Shown in pieces: positions 25,201-38,945 of a DNA stretch of 64,000 nt; the stretch's first letter is position 1, and the number at the start of each line of letters is the position of its first letter. The stretch lies in assembly GCA_013239625.1 (NCBI GenBank), contig MU053216.1, positions 186,001 to 250,000 of the forward strand, given 5' to 3'. The notes below the pieces were generated by a model. It searched no databases, was not told where the DNA came from, and saw only the letters and a list, made by a program, of their open reading frames with translations. This DNA comes from Lama guanicoe (lineage: Eukaryota). The position numbers and the translations under genes are program-made.

Positions 25201-28200
25201 AGCGACCTGGGGCCATCAGCGTTGCCTTCCCTTCACTCACCTCCTTGACAGCCACCTCCAGACAGGAGACGTGAGGGGCCGAGGCACCCAGCACGTCCCA
25301 CTCATGCTGTTCAAACCAGACGTGGCCGTTTGGAGTCAGAACAGCCACCAGCTCCTGGGCATGCAGTCATTAATCCTGGCAGGAACTTCATTCATCTTAA
25401 TTCAGTGGCCAGTGTCGTGCCCCCTCTTCCCTCCTTCTTCTGCACATGAGGTGACTCAGGAAGGCTGTCATTGCTGGCAGTGGCCAGCTGGGTAATGGGG
25501 GCCTCAGGAGCCCCACCCTAGTTTCAGCCAGAAGCTCCTGGTGTCAGGAATCTGGCCATGTGGGCACCTGGTTCTCCTGCTCTCTGTCCCCTGCTCCCCA
25601 CCCGCTCTCAGTCCAGGGCACCATGCATCTCAGTCCCTCTCTGCCTGCCCCAGAGCTCCTGTATGGTGGGGTCGCTCGTGGGACCTCACAAGCTGCGGGG
25701 CCACAGTCTCAGCCCTGAAGGCACCTCTCTGCCCCCGGCTCACAGCGCCTCACAGGCGGTTTCTGGGCCTCCCACCCAGGCACTTTGGGGCCCCTCACTC
25801 AGGAATGCGGGCAGCCAGTGTGTGGGGCGGAGCCTGCAAGCTGCGTGTCCACCAGACCTTCCGACACAGCACCTGGGACAAGCTGTCACCCGAGGTGCAG
25901 GGCCTCGCTTTGCCTGGTCTGAAGGCCAGGGTTCCGGCCAGGGACCACGTTCCTGTCTTTCTGCTCAGCCCTGGCCCTAAGTCTGTTCAGGGTACGAATG
26001 GAACATTATCTGGTGTTTCTTATTGGTCTTTTAGGGAACACCTACAGAGACAAGAGTCTTGGCTAGCTGTGTGACTCACAGTATCTGGTCTCATGTTAGC
26101 TGGTGTTTTCATGGCTTGTGAGGAACCAGTGCACTCAGTTTATGAACAGACCTTGAGAAACAGCAACAGGTTCCGGATTCCTGTGGCCTTGACAAAGCAA
26201 GACAGGCACAGCTGTGCCCCATCCCTTCCCATTGGCCTCTTCTTGCTCCAGGAGGCATGGGCACAGGTGCCCAGGTGCCCTCGAGGTGCCCTCTTCCTCC
26301 CTGCGCGCAGAACCCAGACCACGCCTGGCCCCGCACTGCCCTCAGCTCCTCCGTGAGTCCTTTAACCCAGCTCCCTCTGGAAAATGGGAGAGTTGCCGCT
26401 CTGGCCTCTCCCGGAGGCCCCGGGGGTGGGGGGCAGCGTCCCGCACCTGGGGCACCTGGTCCTGCAGGCGGGTGTACGTGGCAGGGGCGCTGTCCTTGTG
26501 GCCTTGTGGCCCTCCCTATGAACCTCGGAACCTGACAGTCACTCTGCAGGGAGCATCTCTAGCCACTGAGTACAGACGAGGTGAAGATGCATTTACCAGC
26601 TTTTTGCACTTATGTGAGCAACGAACTCTATAAACACCTTCCACTTCACTTCCGCACCACGCCTGAGAGTCTTAGACCACACTGAAGGGAAGATTTAAAG
26701 GCCATGTTCTGCGTCTCAGCCATGGTTCGTGTGCGGGCCTGAGTGTGCAGTGCACGAGCGAGTCAGGAGGCGCGTGAGCAGGGGTTTGGTTACACGTGGA
26801 CCCCGGAGCCCCGCGGCTGTTCTGTTCGTGCCAGGTGGTCCACCTCTGTCTGTGTGTGCCCGGAACACGGGGGAGCCTGCTGCGGGCTCAGTTAACTACC
26901 CCGGGGGCTTCCTGAGACACCAGCATGAACTAGAGTGTCAGTGCTTCTCTCTGACCAGGCCCAGACATGCACACACATGCCCACAGACACTGTGCTGGTC
27001 ACCTGCCCACCCTCAGACCCACTCCCCACCTGCCCTCCACTCGGCTCCGAAGTCAGGGAACCACAGCTCCCCAGCCCCCTTGCCAGCTGGGGTCTGGGCA
27101 GGCTCAGCCCAAAGGCGGGCACCAGTGAGGCTGCAGGCTGAGACCGGCGTATCAGAGGGCAGGAGGAGGCACCTCTCCCTCTGCCTTGCGAGGCCTCTCT
27201 GGCGCCCATGTGTGTCCTCTGTGGCTCAGGTCTGACGGGTGGCCCGCACTCGGGGTCCTCACGACGCCCTCCACCAGCTGCAGAGTTCGGAGCTTCCTGC
27301 TGGCGCCTCCTCCGGGCGGAGCTGCTCCTGTTTGGCCTCCGCCCTGCGTGTGCTTCCTTCTCTTCATAGCACGTTTGAGAGGGAGGGCGACGCCCGGGGT
27401 CCTAAGCCACCCAGGATGCTCTGCGGGCACCAGTCTGCCCCAGTTTCCTGGACAGGAAATTTCTCTGGGTGAAGAGTGTTACCATTTCCACAAGCAGGCT
27501 GGATCTAGATTCTGCTGAGACAGCCAGTCAAGCTGTCAGACCACTGGGGAAATTTAAGTTAAATTAGTCGTCTGGCACCCTGAGGACAAGGGGCCGTTTC
27601 CTTCCTACCAAGAGCACCTGACAAAACTAACTTATTTTAGTTAGCTCTTTAAGGAAGTAAGTGTGTGTCCCATTTATCTGCTTCCTAACTTAGGAATTGT
27701 GATCACGGAAGTCTATTGAATAAGCACAACAAATAATAAAAATGTAAATTTTGGACTGAGGACCAATTAATGTGGAAAACAGAGGGACAGGCTGATGGCG
27801 AATGTGTCGGGGGACAGAGCAAACGGGAGAGATGAGCTCAGCGGCGCTGAGCGCAGACAGGGAGAGAAATGCAGAGACGTGTCGTTCACGAGGTCAGGCC
27901 CTCCTGTGACCTTTCAGGACACCCCGTCTAGACTGTCAGCCTAGTTTAACTTTCCAGCTGTGGGTGGATCTCCAAACACGCCGTCCTCTTGGGAGCCTCA
28001 GTCCAGCATAGAAACGCAAGTCAGCACGGGCTCCCCTGCCAGCTTCCCTGACAGGAGCCTGCGGTCAGGACGCTGTCACCCATCCTCAGCCCGGGTTGAG
28101 GACATCCTCGGACAAGGCACAGCCTAACCGTGCCACGTGGGAGAGGCGGCGACGAGGGGGCCCCTGTCTTCTCCTTCGTGCAGTTTCCCTTCTTACTTTA

Positions 28201-28329
28201 CCACATTCATCCCAGGGACAAAGTCATTATCCTCTGAGGAGGAGACCTGGGGGAGGACAGGTACAGAGGACACAAACAACCTGTAGGTTGTTCTAAGTTG
28301 AAATTTAAGTGTTACGCAGGCACTCCACA

Positions 28330-28665
28330 AGGGTGTACTACGTTCAGCAACGAAAAGAGTGAAGAGCTGTTACTGGCACCCACGTGGATGAGTCTCAGAG
28401 CAATTATGTTGAGCAGAAGAAGCCAGCCCAGAAGGGTGTGGGCTGTGTCTTTCCGCCTGGATGAGCTTTTCAAAGACGTGATGCTGATCCACGGTGGGAA
28501 AGCAAACGAGCAGGCCCCTGGGGCCGGGCTGGTGGGGCAGGCGGGGAGACTGGGGAGGTGGGACTGCGCTGCACCACCATCTGGGTGGCGGTGGGGTAGG
28601 TGCACATGCAACAGAATTCATCAGCTGTATTTGTGCCTCAGTATAAGTGAATTAGGAAACAAAGA
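28330..28665 (+). mobile_element. Old L1 (L1MC/ME-type) 3'UTR
   Basis: tactacgttcagcaacgaaaagagtgaag..cacgtggatgagtctcagagcaattatgttgag..aagaagccag..aattcatcagctgta. Confidence 0.8.
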
Positions 28666-30514
28666 CGGGGCAGTTTGGGAAATGGGGGTCCTGGTGCTGT
28701 TGTGCGCACCCCGGGCCCCAGGTCGCCCAGAGCTCAGCCGCCTTCCTCTCGGCTGAGCCTGAGCCAGGGTGTGGGGCCCCTTGGACTCACGTTAGAAAGC
28801 ACAGCCTGGGACCCCTCCTCCTCCCGCATGAGGGTCTTCGCTCCACGCCCTCCTCCAGCCAGGCCCTCCGTGGGGGGGCAGGTTTGAGGAGAGTTACTCG
28901 GGCAGGACGGGTGACCCTGATGCGCCTCAGGCCACCACCTGTGGTCCTCTTAGTGACGCTGCTGAGGACGGAACGTGTGTCGCAGGTGGTCAGCACAGGC
29001 GCCGGGCGGGCTCAGCGGTCGCAGGCAACAAGGAGCTGGACGCGGGGCTGAGGGGACTGCGCCCCTTCCTTCCCAGGGCGGAGAGGCGGCGGGAGACGCG
29101 GAGGCCTTGGGGAGCCTGCCCTTGGGAGCTGCTGTGTGAACGCGCGCTCGTTACTGAATCCTCTCTCGGCTTCAGTCTGCTGTTGTTTCTGGCTTTGCTG
29201 TAATGGAAACGGTAACCCTTCGCAGGGCAGGGCTGCGGTGAAGGTTCAATCCCACCATACCCAGCAGGTGGGGCGCCTGGTGTGGCGAGTGCAGTGAAGC
29301 TCCCCCCTTCCTCCTGCAGAACGAGGCCCCCCGCTCCGCCCTCGGCATCACCACGGTCCTGGGTCCTGAAGTTTCCCTCCACTCCACTAGCCTGAGACTG
29401 TGGGGTGTGGGGTGTGGGGTGAGGGTGGGGCCCAAGTCCTAGCCCTTCCCTGGGAGGGCCCTTCATGGGACCAAGGGACAGAGCTCAGCCCCCCTCCTGA
29501 CCCGCAGCCACCTCACCTCTGGGGCAACCCTGGGGCCAGGACACAGCCCTCCCCAGGCCAGCCTGGCCCCACAGGGGGCCCAGAAGGTGTAAACCCTGCA
29601 TCCTGAGGAGGCAGCGAGGCTGCGGGGGCAGGAGGGAAATGCCGGGGTCTGAAGATCCGGGCCGGGTCCCAGCTCTGCCGCACCATCTACAGGCGGTGCC
29701 CCCCATGCCATGGGCTTGGGCGCCTCCAGTTTGCCCTAAAACTTGGCCCAGACCCGAGGCCCTCTCTGTTCTCGGTGTCCTCACTGCACGGCACTGTGGC
29801 TGTTGTACCGACCCTGCCGGTAATTAGCATGGCCTCGGGGGCTCACAGACTCTCAAGGTGTTTGACAACTGAACGAGTGAAGGGGTGGGTGACTGGCTGA
29901 AGGACATGTACTGCTTCAGGAGGTCCCTGAGCATATCGGCCCCTCTCTGAGCCTGTGACCCCATCTGCCAAATGCAAAACAAGGGGTCAGGTCCCAAGAA
30001 TCATTCCAGGGGCCTTGGTGCTGTATCCGCTTGGCAGCAGGGTTGGCCGGAGTGGGCCTGCGCCTCAGTGTGTTCTCTGCACACCTGCCCCTTGGAGCCG
30101 AGACCAGAGCTCAGCCCAGTGATGGAGGCCAGCTCCCCGGCCAGGCAGCTCCAGGAGCATCATCGATGGCCTGACACTGTGTTTAGGGGAAGTGCCCTCT
30201 CCTCACAAGTAATTACGAGGCACAGGATCATGTAAAGGGACAGGGCTGGACCAGAGGAAAAGGAAATGCTTTGTACCTGGCAGTGATGGTGAGTGAGCGG
30301 GGGAGGACAGCCACGCCACGCCATCCATCTCTCCTCCTGGTGAGTCAGCAGAGCCGCAGGTGGTCCCTTCCTGCTGCCTCCTGCGTGGTGTGGGGAGGGG
30401 GAGGCAGCCTGAGCCTGCCTTTGAGGTTTGGCACTGAGGGTCCCACGGGCACGTGGTCCCTAAGGGCCATCGCTTCCTTGGCCTTTTTCTGACAAGGAGG
30501 GCTTTGCAGGTGTC

Positions 30515-30635
30515 AACCTTGGCACCAAGTGCCCTGCCTGGTAGAGAGGAGGTGTGCAGAAGTATTGCGTGAGTGAGTGAGTGAGAGAATGAAGGAACGA
30601 GAGACAGAGTCTATGAGTCAATGAGTAAAGAATCA
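30515..30635 (+). mobile_element. L2 3' end with (TGAG/TGAA)n tail
   Basis: agtgccctgcctggtagag..gaagtattgcgtgagtgagtgagtgagagaatgaa. Confidence 0.6.
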
Positions 30636-30902
30636 CATGGTCCACAAGGGCCAGGGTTTCTGTTTGGCTCGTTGCCGGACGGCCAGCACATAGAAAGAGT
30701 CTGGAATCGAGTAGCTGACTTGAGGGACGTGGGTGTGAAGGGATGAGCCGTGGTGGGAAGAGCAGGCCCTGGGGCAGCCAGGAGCCCGGAGGAAAGCTGC
30801 TGGTACGGTCAGGGCGGGGCAGGGTGGGGCTCGTGCAACACGGGCACCTGCGTCCGCACCCACAGGCTCCTAGAACCGGGGACTGGGGCCGTCTCAGGTC
30901 CT

Positions 30903-31040
30903 CCGCTTCTCAAGCTGTCACGGTCACACGGGTGCCTGAACAGAGCCTACTGGATCAGAATCTGGGGTCGGGCCTGGGATCTGCGCTTTGTGGACGCTTC
31001 CAGGAGGTTTCACTGCACAGGGGATTCTGGCAGCCACTTG
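30903..31040. mobile_element. MER5-type hAT-Charlie MITE
   Basis: gcttctcaag..cctactggatcagaatctgggg..gggcctgggatctgcgcttt..ttccaggagg..cagccact. Confidence 0.7.
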
Positions 31041-31134
31041 GCCGAGGCTTCTGGGTGGCGACGCCTTTCTCACCCACTGTCCTGGAGGAGCTGTAGCAAA
31101 ACGAACAGGAGACGTCGCCCTGAGAGCAGACGTG

Positions 31135-31285
31135 CACTGTGTCACGTAACCCTCCAAACACCCTGTGCTGCTGTTTCTATTCTGGTGACAGGTGAGAACA
31201 CCGAGGCTCAGAGAGGTTAGCACACTTGCCCTGGGACACACAGCCAGAAGGTCGTGGAGTCTGACACATCTGGTCTTGTCAGCAT
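31135..31285 (-). mobile_element. MIR
   Basis: acaggtgagaacaccgaggctcagagaggttagcacacttgccctgggacacacagc. Confidence 0.8.
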
Positions 31286-34049
31286 TACTCTGCCCCTGGG
31301 GCTCCCTCCTCCTGACGGGCTGTCCCCCGATGGCTGACCCCCCCTTCTGTCCTTGGAGCCCAGCTCTGTGGAGCAGAGAGCTGTCACTTGCACACACAGC
31401 CTGTGCCCTGGCGGAAATAGGATGGTAGAGGGCGGTGTCTCCCAGGCAAGGGGCTGGCTTGTTCTCATTCAAAGGCCCACTGCCCCTGGGCCCCCGGGAG
31501 TACCTCCTGCTGGGGCCCAGGAGTCGAGTGGCAGCCAGAGAGGCTCCGACCTCCTGGCCCTGACCTCCACGCCCGTGGCTGTCACCTGTGTGGCAGATGG
31601 CATACTGGCAGCACCTGTCCCTGGGCTCTACCCAGATTGGCTCAGCGGCGTCCTGGCCGCCCCTGAGCTGGAGCCATCTGTGCCCAGGAGAGCCCGGCCA
31701 TCGGAGTGGGAGGGCGGACGGACCTCCCCGCCCCTCCCGGCAGCAGGGCCCTGTCCATCTGCCCCAGGGCTGGGGTGCCGCCCACCTGGCCACAGGCACA
31801 CGCTGTGCTTCGCCTCGGCAAAGGGGCCCCCACCCGCCTGTCCTGGTGGCAGCTGGAGAAGAGGGGTGGGCACTGACAGGGAGAGGGTGCCCCACTCCAT
31901 GGGCTTCTGTCCAGGCTTATTTTCTTAGCTGATTGGACTTACCACCTTTTTAATTGAGAAAGCAGAGCTGGCTTGAAAAGGTCCCTTGAAATGACACCCA
32001 AGAGCAGAAGACAGAGACAGTGTGTGCAAAATTAGTGTGTCACGCAGTGGGCAAGGAGGTCCTTTCCCAGGCCAAGTTCATGGCCTTTCTGAGAATCCTG
32101 CAGAGATTTAGAATTTGACACAACAAAGAGGGGCATGGGCCTCCCTCCCCCCAGCCCCTCTCCACCCCAAAAAGCTCATTCAGAGAGAGACAGAGAGAGA
32201 GAGGTGGGGTGGGAGGGGACAGGAAGGAGGCTGATCCTCATCTCTGCCTCTGCAATGGAGCCCAAATCAGAGGCCTGGGGTCAGAAGTGGAGAAGGGTGC
32301 CAGCCCTTGGCTGTATCCCAGGCCTCGGGGCAGGAGGACCGGCCCCTTCCTGCTCCTTCCCCCAGGAGCAGGGGCAGGGCTGCCCACTTGCGGGGTGAGA
32401 GGTGGCTGCCAGGCCTCTGAATCAGGAGGCCTGACACATCCTCAGGCCACCTGGCCACCCCTCTCTGGAAGCGTCTGGCTACCCACTTCCCTGGGAAATG
32501 AGGACTTTCAGGAAAAAAGCTGACAGAAGAAATCTGAGCACTGCATTGCAGCGCCCCTGAGACGGGTGCAGGCTGCCAGGCTGTTGTCTGAGGCGCACAG
32601 GCTCCATGTGTCCTCTGCCAGCCTGCACCCGGCCCACCACCCCTCACCCCGGCCCCAGGACCCAGGCAGGGGAGAGCAGGGGTCTGGGGGTCAGCTCTCT
32701 GGACGCTGGCCTCTGCCACCTCCATCAGTGTCCCCGTCATCGAGGGCACGTTTAGCTGAAACCTGTGCATTTAGCTAAGTCACCATCCTCATTCCTCCTC
32801 TTTCTTCCCCGAAAGGGGCTGGGCAACCTCAGCCATTCACCCACTCCCTCCACCGCCCACTGACCCCATAGAAGCCTCAGAGCTGTGGGGGCCAGAGGTC
32901 ATTCAGGCCCACCCTCTTATTTGATCACTAGGAACCCAGGGGACCTGACCCACCTGGGGTGGGTCAGCGAACCGGGTGGAACGGGTCCTGAGCAGAGGCC
33001 CTGAGCCTGTACAGGACGGGCTGGGACCAGCCCAGTGATCCTGGCGGGTCTGTGGCTTCCCGTCGGCTGATTAACAAAGTCAAAACTTGGCCGGATGAAG
33101 GCAGTCAGGGGTAAGTAAGCAGCGAGACCTCCGCCCCGAGCTGCCTCTGTGGGCCGGCCCCAGATCCCTCGGCCCCCACCCTCCAGAAGTGAAGCCCTCC
33201 CCCCAGCTGCTGGCCCAGCCCCGCTTCTAGACCTTGTGTAGCACCAGGGAAGAGGGAGGCCTGCCAGACCCACCCCAGGAGCCAGCACAGGACACTGGTG
33301 TGCCTGGTGGGGGGAGGGAGGGTCACGGCCAGCAGGGCTCCAGCCCCGATGTCTTCCCGGGACCTGCAGGAACCGCCTGTCTCCCCTCCAAGTGCCGCCC
33401 AGAGGGAGGCGCAGCCCAGGACGTGGGCTCCAGGCCTGCCTGAGGGGAGAACCCCGGGTGCAGAGAGAGGCCCTGCTCCTGGACCTCCTCGAGTGGTTGC
33501 TCCAGACTTTGCCTCCTTGTGGCTGCGTCAGGGCTGGCTCTGTGCCAGGCTGGGCCTGATGTGCCGCTGACCGTAGGAAGCCTGGTCCTGCGTCCGTCTG
33601 ACCTTGGAGTTGGCACTGACTGGCTCTGTTTAGGGTGTGTTGCACCTCTCCGGACATTTGAAGATGGACACAGACAGACTGGGCCTTGTCCCGAACTCAG
33701 CCAGGGTGTGAGAGGCAGTGGAACACCCTGGAACGGAGTGGCTGGACCAGACCCAGGCTGCAGGGACGGCCCGGCAGCTGGCCTGTCACCAGCGGAGGAA
33801 GCCGCAGGAGACAGATTTTAGTTCAAGATAAGGAAGCCCACCCTGACTCTTAAGGACGTGCAGACGGTGAGCAGCGGACTGGGACGACTGTGGTGTGTGA
33901 GCAGAGGCTGGCCACGGGACGCGAGTCGGGACCGTCGAGCGGGCGAGGCGGCTGGGCTGGGGCAGCCGCGCGGAAAAGCAGAGGGAACCCACGCTGATGG
34001 CTGAGGCGCTGTGCTGGGCCCTCTGCAAGGCGTGTCTGGTATTCAAGGC

Positions 34050-34240
34050 GCTGCGTGCTTGTCAGAGCTTCACCCCAGCCTTGCTGACGGAGTCTTTATT
34101 CCCTGCTTTCACAGATGACACAGGAGCCTCAGGGCGGTGGAAGGCCTCTCCCCAGGGCTGACCACTTAAAGCCGCAGCAGGACCTGAAGCCAGGCCTGTC
34201 TGGCTCCAGCTGCCTTGGTCTTCTCACCCACTCTGGACTG
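34050..34240 (-). mobile_element. MIR
   Basis: tttattccctgctttcacagatga..ggacctgaagccaggcctgtctggctcca. Confidence 0.65.
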
Positions 34241-35779
34241 TAAGCCTCAGGCTTTCAGGGTCCTGGGGCAGGCTGCAGGGCCAAGTGAGCAGACAGGACT
34301 GCACAGCCCCTGCTCTGGGTCTGGAATAAAGAGCAAGATGGCGGAGTGGGGGAACAGGAGCCCTTGGGACCTGAAGGTCGGAGGACAGGGAGGGTTTCAT
34401 TTGCCTGGAGTCGTACAGCAGTGGTCAGTCTGGCCTCGGTCTCAGTTACTGCTGGCCGAGCTAGCGTCATGGCTGCCCATTCCGACTGGGGTATTTGTGC
34501 ATGCACATGTGCGTTCCCCGGGCCCACCTCCCCCATCGGTGCTCCCAGCCCCTCAGTTCAGTGTTGTGGATGACTCAGGCTGAGTGCCAAGGCCCACTTG
34601 CAGGGAGCACTTTTGGGGTGCAGGGAGAGGGCTCCCCAGCCTCTCTTCTGCCAAGCCCTCTCCCAGGCCGTCTATAGTCCTAGGAAGACTGGAACCTACG
34701 CCAGGCTCCAACTGCCAGCCAAGCCCCAGCAGGCCACAGTGGGAAGCCAGGGTGGGCAGGACACGGTGGGAGCTGCCCTCAGGGCCTCAGAACGGTCCAA
34801 GCAGCCCTTTCCTCAGTGCCCCCCCGCCCCTCGTAGTCATCTCCCGCCCTGTCATCCAGAGCCCCCTCCTCACCGGCACACAACAAGCCACACTCCCTCG
34901 TCCCTTCCTGGCCCTTAGTCACCCCTGCTGCTCGGATTGGGAAAATGTGCCCTATCCTCTCCTGGTCTGGTCCAACGGAGGCCCCAGGGTCACCCCACCG
35001 GCACCATCCTTCCCTGTGCTGTCCTTCCAGCACACCTGCAGCCAGACCAGTAGGAGGAAACCAGAGACCCATCTTCTGGTCCTTGCCCTCTGAGCACGTG
35101 CCCCTTTCTTCGGGAGAGACGGTGCCAGACGCGAGAGCAAGTCCAGCAGCCACCCCAGGACCGTGGCTTCGCTTCTCGGAGCCCCAGGTCCTGCTCTGGG
35201 AACAAGGGCAGGACTGTCCTCTGTCACGAGGGCTGAGAGGGACACGTGAAGACAGCGTGGACCTGCAGCAGGGCTCCCGCGTCACTGATGACTCCTGGGC
35301 ACTTGATCAGCTGTAGGTTTAGCGGCAGATGAAAGAAATGATCCCACGATGGAAAACAGAAGAGACGCCTTGTGAAACGGGGTGCGTCTCGTCTAGCAGA
35401 GCCACTGTCCAGGGGCTCTCCTCCAGGCTTGTCTCGGACTGTCCTCGCCCGGACAACCAGGCCCCTAGGCCTCAACCCCCTCCTCTCATTGGCTGGCTCA
35501 CACGTGTGTCTTCAGCCCAGACGCCTCCTCTGAGGCCTGCTTTTACCCACCTGCACATCCAGCAGCTCCACTCCGATGCTCAGAGGTGACCCACCCCAGG
35601 ACAGACTCCAGGGTTTTCTGTCCCCGGAAGTGAGGTCCCACCTGGCCAGCAGCTCACAAGTGACTGTTGGCACCCCTCCCCTGCTCCCTCCATGTCCCAT
35701 CTGATACAAGCTGTCACCCCCTCACATCCCTGGTTCCCTGGTCCAGCTGTTGTCACCTCTTCCCCGGATTGTGCAGAAG

Positions 35780-35960
35780 CCATTCATTCGGCCTGGTTAA
35801 TTTCTGTGCAGCCTTCAAGTCTCAGTTTAGGTGTCCCTTCCTCCAGAAAACCATCCTTCGTCTTGCTGAGAAGCCCGTCTGGTGCTCATCCACACCAACC
35901 AGCCCTCCTTTGCAGTTCTGATTGCAGCAGACCTGATGTGTGTGTGTTTGGGTTGTATGA
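35780..35960 (+). mobile_element. L2 fragment
   Basis: cctggttaatttctgtgcagccttcaagtctcagtttaggtgtcccttcctccagaaaacc. Confidence 0.7.
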
Positions 35961-36384
35961 TCAGCGTCGGGTCCTTGAGTGGACTGCACACCCCACGAGG
36001 GCACCTATAACCCAGCCTCCAGGCCTTCCAGGCCAGGACCAGAGAAAGGCGCCCACAGAGGAGGCCTGGAAAGGCCCTGGGGGAGTGGCGACCGGGTCAC
36101 ATGACGTGGCGCACCTGGTGCAGCTCCGCCCCCACCCGGCCTCCAGTGCCACCTCTGCTCCCCATCCGGAAGCTAAGGCCAGTGCTTGGTGGGCTTGGCA
36201 TCTCTGCACAGGTCCTGGTCTCTCTGTGACCCCATGTAAGGTGAGGCACCACCGAGAGCCCGGAACTGGGCCAGACACCAGGGTGCAGACCCCACCTTGT
36301 GGAGCTTATGCTGAAGGGAGTGGGCTGGTGCAGTGCTGAACTCGTGCCCACAGCGGCAGAGGGGGCGTCGGGCTGCGAGGGGAC

Positions 36385-36580
36385 CAGGACAGTGACAGTG
36401 GGAGTGCGCGGTGGGCTGGGGGCGCGGATGGCTGGACAGTTCAGGAGAGCTGGCGCTGGGGAAGGGGCAGGGAAGCTGTGGGGGGGGAGCAGACGGGGCC
36501 AGTCTGGGAAGGGCCTTGATGGCCAGAGGGTGGCATTTTGTTTGAGTGCAGCTGGGTAAGGTGACACCCAAGGTCTCATG
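36385..36580 (-). mobile_element. L2 fragment
   Basis: Reverse strand reads ccagctgcactcaaacaaaatgccaccctctggccatcaaggcccttcccagactggcccc, L2-like. Confidence 0.6.
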
Positions 36581-37479
36581 GTGACGACACGCAGACATCA
36601 GGCAGTGCCCGCAGAGAGACAGGGAGACCCACGCCATCGGGGAGGTGCCCATCGTCCATGCGCTGAGCCGGGGGACTTACCTGCAGGGCTGGGTTAGGAG
36701 GAACTCCAAAGGCTGGGGCGGGTACTGGGAGGTGGCGGGGTGAGCATCACCAGGCAGCCGGGGTTGTAGGCACCGTGTGTCCTTGGGTTTCTGAAGGGAA
36801 CCGGCTATGAACGTTCCTTCAGAGGAAGAACTGGGAAGTCAAGCGTTTAGTTCGTCCACGGCACACCATTAACCCAGCACCGAGATTCCAGGTCTCACTC
36901 TGGAGCCGTAGTTTTGCCACGGAAGGGGTGGTTCTCACCCTGGGCAACGCAAAGAATGGCGGGTGCTGACCCCCACCAGGCTGACAGACAGAGAGCCTGA
37001 GGACCCCCTGCCCCATGGCTGCAGCCAGCTGCCTCCTGGTTTCCCCGGGATCCTGCTGTCTCATCACAGGTGGGCTCCTGTCACCTTGCACTCAGTCCAC
37101 TGTCATCAAGGTCACAGAAAGCGGGGAGGCGGTTGATCTGGGACAGTGTCCCGCCGAAACCAGACAGCAGCCACTGAAGGAGAAGTGGGAGGAGGGGCCA
37201 TGGGTGGCTGTGTAGGGGTCCCGGGAGGGCAGTGCAGGTGGAGGGTGGACCCCCATGAGTGCATGGCCCCAGGGTTCCTCCTGAGCCACCACCACACCAA
37301 GACACAGGCCCTTCTCCCCAGCAAGCCTGGCTTCTGAACCATGGGCTGAGGCGCCCCTGCTGCAGGGGCGCCCCCACTGCAGGGCTGCAGGGCGAGGGGC
37401 AGGAGCCATCTCCCCAGACACACCCCCTCTGACACCCGCTGCCCCTACTCAGCTGAGGAAGCCACTCTCCCTGCTAACG

Positions 37480-38130
37480 CCTTGGCTGTGACGGGCACCA
37501 CTTCACTCTGATTTTCCACTTCTGTAAAATGGGTAGAATATGTGACTAGAAACTGACATCTGAAGCCTTTGAGGAAGAGCACAGAGATGGTTCAGGCATT
37601 TCACAGCTTCGCAGACCTGAGGTTGAGGGAGGGGCGTGGGAGGCAGTGACTGACTCTGGTCCCAGACTGTTGGACTCAAGCTGGTCCCTGCTCACATGAC
37701 TTAGTGCCCTACAGGCCGGGACCTGAATCCTGGCTCCGGCACTAGTCTGCTGGGTGAGCTTGAGTAAATCATTTGCAGGTTTGAGCCTCAGTTTTCTCAG
37801 CTGTGAGATGACACAAACATGCATTTCATAAGGTAGCTGTAAGGATGAGGTAGGACCCAGGGGCCACCTGGTTGGGAACGAGGGACCCAGTGTTGACCAG
37901 CGAGGCTGTGGCAGAGGGGTGTAGGGTGCAGCCTCAGACCTCAAATCCCGTGTCTTCCACCCCCGAGCTGTGTGACCCTGGACAGATTACTTTACCTCTC
38001 TCTGCCTCAGATTTCTTGTCTGTGAAATGGGAATGAGGCTGATCCTCTCCCTGGGGTTTTGTAAGTAACTGAATTCACACAAACACTTAGAGTAGTGCCT
38101 GGCATGGGGAAAGCACTCAGTGTGTGTCTC
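37480..38130 (+). mobile_element. Cluster of three same-orientation MIR fragments (~37480-37590, 37715-37850, 37930-38130)
   Basis: Repeated MIR cores: tctgtaaaatggg; gaatcctggctcc..gagcctcagttttctcagctgtga; gctgtgtgaccctggacagattactttacctctctctgcctcag..agtgcctggcat. Confidence 0.75.
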
Positions 38131-38839
38131 CTGTTGTCATCGTCACCACTGTCACCCACATCTTGGTACCAGAACCTCCTGAGCTCCAAGCACTGGCCTC
38201 ACCCAGTGTGTGTCCCCAGACCTGGGCCAGCTGACCGGCCAGGGGCCTCGTGGCAGAGCTGTCTTGGTGCCCCGACTCTCTTTCCAGGAGAGACTGAGAC
38301 GGCCCCTTGGGTGAGATGCTCAGCTGGAGCAGACCTCCCCACCACGCAGGTGGTCCTGCCAGCTCCACTTGGTGGCTCAGTTCTGGAGGCGGCCCCTGCG
38401 GCTTGCCGGCAGCCCTGTCTCTTCTGGGGGAGCCAGACGAGGAGGGAGCCAGCATACTCCCCAATCTGAGGGCCCCTCCCTGTGCCCCTCAAGCCCTGTT
38501 GCGGGTCTGGCTCACTTGTCTGCTGCATTCTTTCCTTTTGACAATTTCTTTATCCAAAACCCCCGTTTAAAGATGGCCAGATGCGTCTGGAGCGCAGGTG
38601 TAGATGCAGTTCAGGTTTCCCACAGGACTGCTCTTCAGCCCCCATGTTAACCCCTCTTCTGAGGGGTCAGCAGGCCCCTCAGTCTTGTGTACGCCGCCCT
38701 GCACTCCATGCCCCACCGCACGCAAACTGCTCAGCACGGAGCAGAGCACTCAGCGAACAAGAGCTGCTTTGCGTCTCCTCTGCAAAGCAGAGATAAAGAT
38801 GCCAACCCCAACCGACACGCAGGACCCGGACGCTGCTCC

Positions 38840-38945
38840 CAGCTTTTCACACGTTTTTTCACTCATGCAGTCTCCACGATGATCATAGGAGGTGGAAACC
38901 ATTTTTGTTCCCATTTTACAGGGGAGTCACAGAGAGGTGAGTCCT
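38840..38945 (-). mobile_element. MIR fragment
   Basis: aggaggtggaaaccatttttgttcccattttacaggggag..cagagaggtgagt. Confidence 0.7.

Noticed and set aside
26486-26506. GGCGCTGTCC RE1 right half-site
   Set aside because: No left half at canonical or nearby spacing
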